A stretch of DNA of 56,134 nt, from assembly GCA_045632385.1 (NCBI GenBank), contig JAZQWQ010000108.1:1-56134 (forward strand). Direction: 5' to 3'. This stretch comes from Faecousia sp. (GTDB lineage Bacteria; Bacillota; Clostridia; Oscillospirales; Oscillospiraceae). Positions 1 to 7,689 of the stretch are shown in pieces (position 1 is the stretch's first letter; each line of letters opens with the position of its first letter). Made by a program: the position numbers and the translations under genes. The notes under the pieces were generated by a model. The model saw only the letters and a list, made by a program, of their open reading frames with translations. It was not told the DNA's origin and ran no database searches.

Positions 1-507
1 TCCCGTATCAACGGCTTCACCTATGTGAAGACCCAGTTCGACTACTACACCGGCGAGCTGAAGATCGTTGAGCGCATCCCCTACTCCAAGGGTGAGCGTG
101 CAGCAGTCAACTGCTACGGCTGTGACGATGTTCGTGAAGGCGTTGCTGTCATGCGTTACGAGGGCGTTGACGTTTCCATCACCGGTAACTCCACCAACCC
201 CACCCGCTTCCAGCATCCTGTCGCCGGCACCTACAAGAAGGAGTGCATGGAGACCGGTCGTAAGTACTTCTCCGTTGCTTCCGGCGGTGGCACCGGCCGT
301 ACCCTGCACCCCGACAACATGGCTGCAGGTCCTGCTTCCTACGGCATGACCGACACCATGGGCCGTATGCACGGTGACGCTCAGTTCGCTGGTTCTTCCT
401 CCGTCCCCGCCCACGTGGAAATGATGGGCTTCCTGGGCGCTGGTAACAACCCCATGGTCGGTATGACCGTTTCCGTGGCTGTTGCTGTTGAAGAGGCGCT
501 GAAGTAA
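1..507 (+). CDS. GGGtGRT protein (5'-truncated by window edge)
   Basis: Frame open from base 1 (SRINGFTYVKTQF...) to TAA at 505-507; contains the eponymous SGGGTGRTLHPDN motif; strong codon bias. Confidence 0.92.
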   Translation, partial: SRINGFTYVKTQFDYYTGELKIVERIPYSKGERAAVNCYGCDDVREGVAVMRYEGVDVSITGNSTNPTRFQHPVAGTYKKECMETGRKYFSVASGGGTGRTLHPDNMAAGPASYGMTDTMGRMHGDAQFAGSSSVPAHVEMMGFLGAGNNPMVGMTVSVAVAVEEALK

Positions 508-522
508 TTTCATAACAACATT

Positions 523-553
523 GAGGCTTCCGTTTCTACGGAGGCCTCTTTTT
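523..553 (+). terminator. Rho-independent terminator after GGGtGRT gene
   Basis: gaggcttccgt-ttct-acggaggcctc hairpin followed by T5. Confidence 0.85.
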
Positions 554-562
554 AACCTATGA

Positions 563-743
563 ACCATGGGGTTGCAAGGTAGCAAGCTGCTTTAGCAGCT
601 TGCAGATTTGAGTCGCTTCGCTCCCCCGTTTGCGGTGCCCGATAAAATCTTCAGGCTTACGCTTTCCTCGATTTTATCGACCGCTGCACTCACTAACCTC
701 GCTTATTCTGCCACAGGCAGCGCTCGGTCTCGTGACCCATGGT
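563..743. mobile_element. Multi-hairpin non-coding element (REP/MITE-like or integrative-element remnant)
   Basis: Stems 582-591/594-603, 632-636/680-684, 640-649/670-679 and 708-712/716-720; ends accatggg/cccatggt are inverted; lies between the duplicated gene ends. No transposase is present. Confidence 0.5.
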
Positions 744-803
744 CGGTATGACCGTTTCCGTGGCTGTTGCTGTTGAAGAGGCTTTGAAGTAATGTGATTC
801 CTT

Positions 804-836
804 AAAATCCCGGCTCGTTTGAGCCGGGATTTTTTT
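804..836 (+). terminator. Rho-independent terminator after the second copy of the gene end
   Basis: aaaatcccggctc-gttt-gagccgggatttt perfect stem with T-run. Confidence 0.88.
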
Positions 837-939
837 GTCATTACCGCTTATGTGCAAAATACCGCCGATAACCTAAATATCAAGATTTTAGCAAATTTGC
901 GTGATACAATATGGGCATCAAGCAGAAAGGAGAAAATCT

Positions 940-1665
940 ATGGATGCCATTAGGATTATTCAACTAACTAAGAAATATAAAGATACCACGGCGGTCGATT
1001 CTTTGAGCCTAAGCATTCAGCAAGGAGAAATTTTCGCCTTGTTGGGGGTAAACGGTGCAGGTAAAACTACAACGATTAAAATGCTTTCCGGACTGACAAA
1101 ACCAACTTCCGGTAATGCTTTTTTACTGGGAAACAGTATACTTTCAAATTCTGCCTCAGCAAAATCTATCCTCGCAGTTTCCCCCCAGGAAACTGCGATT
1201 GCACAAGGTCTTTCCGTTTTGGAAAATATGGAATTCATATGTGGCATATATCAATACGACAAAGAAAAGCGTAACGCAAAAATTTCTGAGATCACAAAAA
1301 CTTTTGGACTTGAAGCAGTCCTTCTGAAAAAGGCCGGAAAATTATCCGGCGGATGGCAACGGCGGCTGAGTCTTGCTATTGCCCTCATTTGCGATCCCAA
1401 AATTTTGTTTTTAGACGAACCAACATTGGGTTTGGATGTGATTGCCAGGAGTGAATTATGGGAGACGATTCGCTTACTCAAGGATAAAACAACGATCGTT
1501 TTGACAACACATTATATGGAAGAAGCGGAAGCACTTTCTGACCGCATAGGCATTCTGAAGGATGGGAAGCTTTTGATTTGTGGCACTGCTGCCGAAATCA
1601 AAAGTATCGCGCAAACAGATAATTTTGAGCAAGCTTTTCTTCGTATTGTGAAGGGGGTATCCTGA
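940..1665 (+). CDS. ABC transporter ATP-binding protein (multidrug/ABC-2 type)
   Basis: Walker A GVNGAGKTT, LSGG signature, ILFLDEPT Walker B, TTH switch; AAAGGAG RBS before ATG 940. Confidence 0.93.
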   Translation: MDAIRIIQLTKKYKDTTAVDSLSLSIQQGEIFALLGVNGAGKTTTIKMLSGLTKPTSGNAFLLGNSILSNSASAKSILAVSPQETAIAQGLSVLENMEFICGIYQYDKEKRNAKISEITKTFGLEAVLLKKAGKLSGGWQRRLSLAIALICDPKILFLDEPTLGLDVIARSELWETIRLLKDKTTIVLTTHYMEEAEALSDRIGILKDGKLLICGTAAEIKSIAQTDNFEQAFLRIVKGVS

Positions 1666-2396
1666 TGCGAATGTTAACCTTTGCAAACAGAAACACAAAG
1701 GAGATTCTAAGAGATCCTTTAAATTTAGGCTTTGGTCTTGGCTTTCCCGCAATACTAATGGTACTACTCAGCGCAATCCAGGCCAATATCCCGGCAAAGC
1801 TATTTGACATTGCATATTTAACCCCGGGCATTACCGTCTTCGGGCTGTCATTTTTAACGCTGTTCTCTGCAACAATCATTGCAAAAGACAGAAGCAGTTC
1901 CCTCTTGCAGCGGTTATACACGACCCCTTTAACATCTGCAGATTTCATTCTCGGTTATACGTTGCCTATCATTCCAATTGCTATGATACAATGCATCATT
2001 TGCTATATTCTCGCACTAGTACTGGGTCTGAATATGACAAGCAATATTCTCGTTGCAATTCTGTTTATTATTCCAATCTCCTTGCTCTACATTGGCATTG
2101 GTCTTCTTTGCGGAAGTGTCCTGAACGACAAACAAGTGGGCGGTATCTGCGGTGCGTTGCTTACAAATCTGTCTGCCTGGTTGTCAGGAATTTGGTTTGA
2201 CCTGGACCTGGTAGGCGGTACATTCAAAAAAATTGCATATCTCTTGCCATTTGTTCACGCAGTGGAAATGGAGCGAGCTATACTGGCTGGAAATTACGAT
2301 AATATCTTCCCCCATCTATACTGGGTGCTTGGATATGCCTCTGTATTGATAGCGGCTGCAATCCTGCTGTTCCTCCGTCAAATGAAAAAAGGATAA
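1665..2396 (+). CDS. ABC-2 transporter permease
   Basis: About six hydrophobic segments; TGATG coupling to the ATPase; RLYTTP and LLPFVHAVE ABC-2-like segments. Confidence 0.9.
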   Translation: MRMLTFANRNTKEILRDPLNLGFGLGFPAILMVLLSAIQANIPAKLFDIAYLTPGITVFGLSFLTLFSATIIAKDRSSSLLQRLYTTPLTSADFILGYTLPIIPIAMIQCIICYILALVLGLNMTSNILVAILFIIPISLLYIGIGLLCGSVLNDKQVGGICGALLTNLSAWLSGIWFDLDLVGGTFKKIAYLLPFVHAVEMERAILAGNYDNIFPHLYWVLGYASVLIAAAILLFLRQMKKG

Positions 2397-2400
2397 AAAG

Positions 2401-2438
2401 ATACCCGGCTTTCAAAAAAAAGAAAGCCGGGTGATTTT
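2401..2438. terminator. Bidirectional terminator between convergent genes
   Basis: acccggctttc-A8-gaaagccgggt stem with A/T runs on either side. Confidence 0.8.
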
Positions 2439-4206
2439 ATTTTTTCTTATAAGCTACTGACTCTTTCAGATACTGTTCCCAAGGGAATGTATCCTCCTCT
2501 TTTTTCGTATTCCATGCATCCCGGATCGCTTTACAAAGCATTGTCAACTTCTTCTGCATATGTTCAGAAGCAAACATGTTCTGATTATCCGGAAGCATTG
2601 CCTGATAGAAGATCTCACTTCTGTCCTCAACCGGAGATGTCATTGCATTCTCACTGGTAAAATAGCGATTTCCATCTTCCAGATATTCTGTTTTTTGATT
2701 TTCAGCACCATAGGTAAAACCATCGGGATTTGTGGTATACCAATAGTCATAATCCGGAGAATTGCCAAGCACGTGGCTATCCACCACATAGCCTAAACAG
2801 CGCATAAACTCGCTACGAAGGTCTATACCTTCTGTCAATACGATATAAGCATACTTTCCAACCCAGTACTGAACCGCCTTTTGTTCCCCATCAATAGATC
2901 GTACAAGGCAAATCCGCAATTTCTTGGAATTGCTTTTCTTCAGGAACTTTGATGGAAATTCCCGCAAAACAGGCAGCAGGTCATTCATCATCCGGTGAAT
3001 TGCTTCCGGCTGATACTCTGCCTCCAGGGTATGTTCACCGGGATGCTTCACGGCATCCTCCCAAACGTACACCAGAACACCGTTGCTCTTCTGGAAGCTC
3101 TTTGCACGTTCTTCACATTCCTTCAGGCCTTCTTCGTCGGGTACTTCCGCGGTATACACGTCATTTAAGTATACAGTTTCATCCGTCACCGGAGAAAGTT
3201 TCGGTTGCCATCGAAGTAAGGTCTGTCCCTTGTCGCACAAAAGCCAAATACTGTTACTCCAACGATCTGCATACACAGAAACCGGCACATCGAAACCGGA
3301 AACAACAATCGAAGCGGTCCGAAGACCGGTCGTATTATCGTAGAAATTTAAAAGAAGATTTTCTTTTTCATCTACGCTCCAACCTAAAGTGCCGCCCAAC
3401 GAAAGGGCACCGGTCACATTTGCATCTTCAATATTCCATTGTTTATACTGACCATCCTGTGTGCCAACGATCTTCTGCAATACAGTTCCGTCTGTCCGCA
3501 ATGCCAAATAAGTATTTTCATAGGTAAACAGATCTGCAAGATCATTTTTTGCATACAGTGTCTGGCCGGTTTCCGCAGAAACATAGATTTTTCCTTTATC
3601 ACCAATTTCACAGAGGATCAAATCACCCTCAAAATAACTACCCGTCAGTGTCTGCGCTTCATATTCATGCGTTTTCAACAAGCGAGAAATTTTGCGCTCT
3701 ACATCGTAGGCAAAAATTTCGTTTCCGACACAATAAAAAACCTCTTCCCCACTGGTTGAGACCAGCGGCTGTCCCTGCATATCCTTCGGCAGATCCAGAC
3801 GGAAGGTCTCATTTAATTGTGCATCCAGGAATACGACCTGTTTATCCTTAGCCAGAAAATAGGCATACCCATTATAAAGAGCAGTTCCCTCTACAGGAAT
3901 CGTCATATTGGCTGTTGGCACGCACTCTGCACCGGTTAGTACAGTCAAAACAGGCTTTCCCTCAGATGCTGTTAACAGGATTTGGTCTCCAATTGCAGAA
4001 ACACTTTGATATTGATCGTCAGGAAGCTGATACATACGTACTGCGCCATCCGAGTTCTTTTCCACACTGCTCCGGGGAACGTAGTAACCCGGAGGGGTAG
4101 TCTCAGCTGTGGTCGTTACTGCCTCCGTCGTGGTTTCTACAGGTTCTTCGTTGGCACAACCCGATAACACCAGCACTGCAAAAAGAATAATCCACAGTTT
4201 TTTCAT
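2437..4206 (-). CDS. Lipoprotein with beta-rich middle region and degenerate zincin-like C-terminal domain
   Basis: MKKLWIILFAVLVLSG-C lipobox, Thr-rich linker, C-terminal AMTSPVEDRSEIF segment; ATG at 4206 with AGGAG RBS. Confidence 0.8.
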   Translation of the reverse strand: MKKLWIILFAVLVLSGCANEEPVETTTEAVTTTAETTPPGYYVPRSSVEKNSDGAVRMYQLPDDQYQSVSAIGDQILLTASEGKPVLTVLTGAECVPTANMTIPVEGTALYNGYAYFLAKDKQVVFLDAQLNETFRLDLPKDMQGQPLVSTSGEEVFYCVGNEIFAYDVERKISRLLKTHEYEAQTLTGSYFEGDLILCEIGDKGKIYVSAETGQTLYAKNDLADLFTYENTYLALRTDGTVLQKIVGTQDGQYKQWNIEDANVTGALSLGGTLGWSVDEKENLLLNFYDNTTGLRTASIVVSGFDVPVSVYADRWSNSIWLLCDKGQTLLRWQPKLSPVTDETVYLNDVYTAEVPDEEGLKECEERAKSFQKSNGVLVYVWEDAVKHPGEHTLEAEYQPEAIHRMMNDLLPVLREFPSKFLKKSNSKKLRICLVRSIDGEQKAVQYWVGKYAYIVLTEGIDLRSEFMRCLGYVVDSHVLGNSPDYDYWYTTNPDGFTYGAENQKTEYLEDGNRYFTSENAMTSPVEDRSEIFYQAMLPDNQNMFASEHMQKKLTMLCKAIRDAWNTKKEEDTFPWEQYLKESVAYKKK

Positions 4207-4207
4207 G

Positions 4208-4384
4208 CTACTGTCTCCTTGCCAAAGTATAGTCATCGCCCTGACGGTAGAACGGGCAGTGGTTATTCTTGGATGTCATAATCCGGTAAACCTCGTCCTC
4301 GTCCAGGTCCATCATACAATAGTACTCCTCGTACTGTTCGTCATAATCAAAATACCAGCAGGTTTCACATTCACTGCATTCCAT
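4208..4384 (-). CDS. Small Cys-rich acidic protein, DUF6472-like (58 aa; absent from ORF track)
   Basis: Manual translation MECSECETCWYFDYDEQYEEYYCMMDLDEDEVYRIMTSKNNHCPFYRQGDDYTLARRQ*; GGGAG RBS; fills the operon gap exactly. Confidence 0.8.
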   Translation of the reverse strand: MECSECETCWYFDYDEQYEEYYCMMDLDEDEVYRIMTSKNNHCPFYRQGDDYTLARRQ

Positions 4385-5003
4385 ACGAAACTCCCAGTTT
4401 TTCTAAATAACTTTGTAAATCAAACGGTTTTACTTTCTCATCCTTGCGTAAATACAGCGGGTGGTGTGGGTGACCTTTTTTACTAGACGCACCGGCACAA
4501 TACCATGTAGCCCCATATTCTTCACCCACCTTGAGAAAATCCTGCAAACATTTAGAAAGATAATCTCTCTTTTCAATGATCGTTCCCCATGCCGCCCACA
4601 CTGCAGGTTTTCTAGAAATAGACAGCACATAACGAAACGCTTTTAGATTCTCTTTATGTAATGCCCAATTGCAATTTTTCTCCATAGCATTGGGGTCTGT
4701 CGCGCGCTGGGCATAGACATTGAACATAATGAAGCTGTCAAACCCGTTTCCCAATGCAATTCGCTCCACGGATTTTAAGGTGTTATCCAGATCGTCAGGT
4801 TTTGCTGTGGATGGATTAATTCCGATGCAAATCAACGGATTTTCTCCACGAGTACCCAAAATATACCGATACTCCGAATAAAAATTGGGCGCATATAGCC
4901 ACTTGCCTATATCGTATTCCTCGCTGGGGGTATTGGCCGCCGCAAGTGCTTCATCAAAGCAGAGCAATTCCAGTTCAGCAGTTGTTCCTTTGGGAATGTG
5001 CAT
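4371..5003 (-). CDS. DUF1643 domain-containing protein
   Basis: YRY.L, IGINPSTA, NVYAQRATDP, WAAWG and HHPLY motifs typical of DUF1643; GAGGTG RBS. Confidence 0.85.
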   Translation of the reverse strand: MHIPKGTTAELELLCFDEALAAANTPSEEYDIGKWLYAPNFYSEYRYILGTRGENPLICIGINPSTAKPDDLDNTLKSVERIALGNGFDSFIMFNVYAQRATDPNAMEKNCNWALHKENLKAFRYVLSISRKPAVWAAWGTIIEKRDYLSKCLQDFLKVGEEYGATWYCAGASSKKGHPHHPLYLRKDEKVKPFDLQSYLEKLGVSYGMQ

Positions 5004-5013
5004 ATTTCACCTC

Positions 5014-5544
5014 TTAATAGAGCACAAGATCGACCGGGATATCAAATTCTTCCGTTTCTAACTTGGGAAAAACCTGAAAATCATAGCATAGTGCTACCGT
5101 CGGGTGATCCGGCTCAGCCGATAAGAATTTGTCATAAAAACCGCCGCCGTAACCAATACGATGGCCATAAGGATCAAACGCCAACCCCGGCATCAGTACC
5201 AGTGCAGTTGAATCATCTGCAACAGGCGCATCTGCCACAGGTTCAGGAATACCGCAGTAGCCTTTTTCGACCTGGGACAAATCTGTCAGGTAAATAAACC
5301 GCATCTCGTCACCGTAGACTTTTGGAACTGCTACGCGTTTCCCGTCATCCAGAGCCTTTTGTAACATCGGTACCGTTCGGACCTCCTGGTTATAGGGCAA
5401 ATAACCATAGATTGTCTTTGCCTGTTTATATTGATGGCACGCAAAGAATTTTTTTGCCAAAGCAAGGCTGGCGCTTTCGATCTGTGCCTCAGTCATAGCT
5501 CTTTTCTTTTCTTTGATCTGCTGACGCAATGCCTTCTTATCCAT
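5014..5544 (-). CDS. 5-formyltetrahydrofolate cyclo-ligase
   Basis: K..LR N-terminus, PGLAFD and RIGYGGGFYD, DIPVD motifs; GGAGG RBS before ATG 5544. Confidence 0.95.
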   Translation of the reverse strand: MDKKALRQQIKEKKRAMTEAQIESASLALAKKFFACHQYKQAKTIYGYLPYNQEVRTVPMLQKALDDGKRVAVPKVYGDEMRFIYLTDLSQVEKGYCGIPEPVADAPVADDSTALVLMPGLAFDPYGHRIGYGGGFYDKFLSAEPDHPTVALCYDFQVFPKLETEEFDIPVDLVLY

Positions 5545-6187
5545 GGTTTTCCTCCTTGGGTTGCTTCCGATAAAGCTGGAACCATAAAACAACAGCAAGC
5601 TGACCGGGGATGCCCAACAAGAACACTTTCCAAATATTTAAATGACCAAACACAAAAAGACTGGTGTATACACTGAAAATGCAGCCCCACATAATTGCAG
5701 AGATTAAGAATTGATTCCAGCGAAAATCGTGCCAAGCAGAGCGCAGGCTTAAAAGTACAATTGCATTTGCCGGTATCGCATAAATAAACGCCATCCAGGT
5801 ATTCGTAATATTCAAAGAGGACAAGATAACAAACAGTAACAGGGCAACAAACCACACAAGGACAGTAGTAAGTCCTAGGATAATACGCTTGTTGGCTTTA
5901 CGTTTCAGCCGCTTTTCAACCACATCGACCATCACACGCTCCACTGCACCAGGATTACCGGGCAACGCATTGGGATCCTCAAGAAGCTCATTAACCGTTA
6001 TATCAAATAACTCAGAAAGCTGTACCAACGTAGATACATCTGGTGCAGATTCACCCCGTTCCCACTTAGAAACAGCCTTATCGGAATAATTCAGTTTTTC
6101 CGCAAGTCCTACCTGCGTTAAACGATTACGTTTACGGTAGGCTGCAATATTCATACCAATTTGCTTTTTCAGTTTCTCCTCTTCCAT
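5537..6187 (-). CDS. XRE-family HTH regulator with C-terminal transmembrane domain
   Basis: LTQ..LAEKLNYSDKAVSKWERG..PD HTH followed by about 4 hydrophobic helices; GGAGG RBS. Confidence 0.88.
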   Translation of the reverse strand: MEEEKLKKQIGMNIAAYRKRNRLTQVGLAEKLNYSDKAVSKWERGESAPDVSTLVQLSELFDITVNELLEDPNALPGNPGAVERVMVDVVEKRLKRKANKRIILGLTTVLVWFVALLLFVILSSLNITNTWMAFIYAIPANAIVLLSLRSAWHDFRWNQFLISAIMWGCIFSVYTSLFVFGHLNIWKVFLLGIPGQLAVVLWFQLYRKQPKEENHG

Positions 6188-6215
6188 TGTTATCCTCCAA
6201 GCAATAGTTACATAT

Positions 6216-6244
6216 ATTTTAACAGAAATTCTTGACAAATGCAA
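6216..6244 (-). promoter_or_regulatory. Sigma-A-like promoter for XRE operon
   Basis: Minus strand TTGCAT-17bp-TAAAAT with extended TG. Confidence 0.6.
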
Positions 6245-6245
6245 G

Positions 6246-6274
6246 AAAAACCACTCCCAACATAGGGAGTGGTT
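6246..6274 (-). terminator. Terminator after CBS gene
   Basis: aaccactccc/gggagtggtt stem with T-run on minus strand. Confidence 0.75.
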
Positions 6275-6301
6275 AAGAAAAGCAGCGATTCTTTCCCCGG
6301 T

Positions 6302-6715
6302 TCAGTCCTCTGTAAACAAGCGCTCCATGCAGAATTTAATAATAGAACTCCGGGTAACAATGCCAATAAACGCATCCTTATCATCTACCACCGGAACAAA
6401 GTTCTGAGAACTGGCGCCTTGAACAAGATCATGCATTCCGGTCGTTACACGGACAGGAATATAATCCCTTCTTCGGTTAATTTCTATAATTCTTCTGGCT
6501 TCTGCTTGACGCATATCCATATAACAGATATTTTTCATCGCCCACAGAAGATCGCCTTCCGACAGCGTACCACGATATTCACCACGTTTGTTCAAAATCG
6601 GTAGCGATGCATAACCGGCAGTTTCCATTTTCTCCAGAGCTTGGCGAATGGTATAGTCATCATAAACAAAGGCACACATAGCCTTTGGTGTAAGAAAAAA
6701 AAGAATATTATCCAT
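6302..6715 (-). CDS. Stand-alone tandem CBS domain protein (YkuL/DarB-like)
   Basis: Two CBS repeats (LPILN..G.Y.GTLS; FVPVVDD...FIGIVTR); AAAGGAG RBS before ATG 6715. Confidence 0.85.
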   Translation of the reverse strand: MDNILFFLTPKAMCAFVYDDYTIRQALEKMETAGYASLPILNKRGEYRGTLSEGDLLWAMKNICYMDMRQAEARRIIEINRRRDYIPVRVTTGMHDLVQGASSQNFVPVVDDKDAFIGIVTRSSIIKFCMERLFTED

Positions 6716-6842
6716 AGTTGCTCCTTTGCTATGTAACATAGGTGGCTTCTGTTGCCAATATTATTATAGCATAGATTTCTCGAAATAGAATGAAAATTTA
6801 CTGTTAATTTTCCTGTTCATCGCCAAAAAATAGCCCCTCTAT

Positions 6843-6859
6843 TTGTGCAGTTTGCACAA
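6843..6859. promoter_or_regulatory. Palindromic operator candidate TTGTGCA-N3-TGCACAA
   Basis: Perfect 7-bp inverted repeat in the divergent CBS/hemolysin III intergenic region. Confidence 0.45.
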
Positions 6860-6972
6860 TTCCACTGTCAGTAGATGCGTTTTCTCTCTCTAATCTATCT
6901 TTTTATTGTGCGGTAGGGTGACTATTTTTCGTCCCTTGGCTATAATAACCCTACAGAAAGGGGCACACAAGT

Positions 6973-7644
6973 ATGAAACGAACAAAATTAAAGAACAGAA
7001 CACTTCCGGATTATACCAGAGGCGAAGAAATAATGAATATGGTCACGCACATTACCGGCGGAGGACTTGGCATTATCATACTGATACTTTGTATCATAAA
7101 GGCGGCAACAGCCGGAAGTGTATCAGACATTATAGGGTCTGTAATTTATGGCAGCAGTATGGTAACCCTGTATGCAATCTCCAGCGTATATCACGGATTG
7201 CTTCCCTCAACCGGAAAAAAAGTAATGCAAGTGATTGATCACTGCACCATTTACTTTCTGATTGCAGGTACGTACACACCGATCATGCTATCCGTCTTTA
7301 TACCCAGATATCCACTGATTGGTTGGGGTATTTTAATTATGGAATGGGCTTTGGCTGCACTGGCCATAACACTGACTGCAATTGACCTAAAAAAATATAA
7401 TGTTTTTTCAATGATCTGTTATATCTTCATGGGCTGGGGTATTATTTTCTTCATTCCCCAAACAATCGGTCTTATGACTATGCCTGGTTTTCTTTGGCTA
7501 TTAGCCGGAGGAATTGCCTATACGATTGGTGCTATTCTCTACGGAATTGGCGCAAAAAAGAGATGGTTCCACTCCGTATTTCACATTTTTGTCGTTCTTG
7601 GAAGTGTACTGCAGTTTGTAAGTATCCTTTTATACGGTATATAA
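6973..7644 (+). CDS. Hemolysin III (PAQR/TrhA) family membrane protein
   Basis: EE..N..TH, SSVYH, DHCTIYFLIAGTYTP and HSVFHIFV motifs; about 7 TM. Confidence 0.95.
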   Translation: MKRTKLKNRTLPDYTRGEEIMNMVTHITGGGLGIIILILCIIKAATAGSVSDIIGSVIYGSSMVTLYAISSVYHGLLPSTGKKVMQVIDHCTIYFLIAGTYTPIMLSVFIPRYPLIGWGILIMEWALAALAITLTAIDLKKYNVFSMICYIFMGWGIIFFIPQTIGLMTMPGFLWLLAGGIAYTIGAILYGIGAKKRWFHSVFHIFVVLGSVLQFVSILLYGI

Positions 7645-7647
7645 GAA

Positions 7648-7684
7648 AACCCCAACAAAGTCAAAAACTGATTTTGTTGGGGTT
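7648..7684. terminator. Bidirectional terminator between hemolysin III and ftsH
   Basis: aaccccaacaaagtca / tgattttgttggggtt long stem. Confidence 0.85.
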
Positions 7685-7689
7685 ATCTT

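Larger units (their letters stand above)
451..793 (+). repeat. 58-bp direct repeat (451-508 and 736-793) duplicating the 3' end of the GGGtGRT gene
   Basis: cccatggtcggtatgaccgtttccgtggctgttgctgttgaagaggc(gc/tt)tgaagtaat occurs twice, 285 bp apart, with 2 adjacent synonymous mismatches (GCG CTG vs GCT TTG). Confidence 0.97.

Noticed and set aside
739-792. 17-aa mini-ORF in the second repeat copy
   Set aside because: No RBS, preceded by an in-frame TGA; it is simply the displaced gene tail.
451-793. Direct repeat as a possible CRISPR array or DGR template/variable repeat
   Set aside because: Only two 58-bp copies of coding sequence; the mismatches are not at adenines; no cas or reverse transcriptase gene is in the window.
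6973-7644. Hemolysin as a virulence toxin
   Set aside because: The Hemolysin III/TrhA family is a widespread membrane-homeostasis family; the name alone does not support toxicity.
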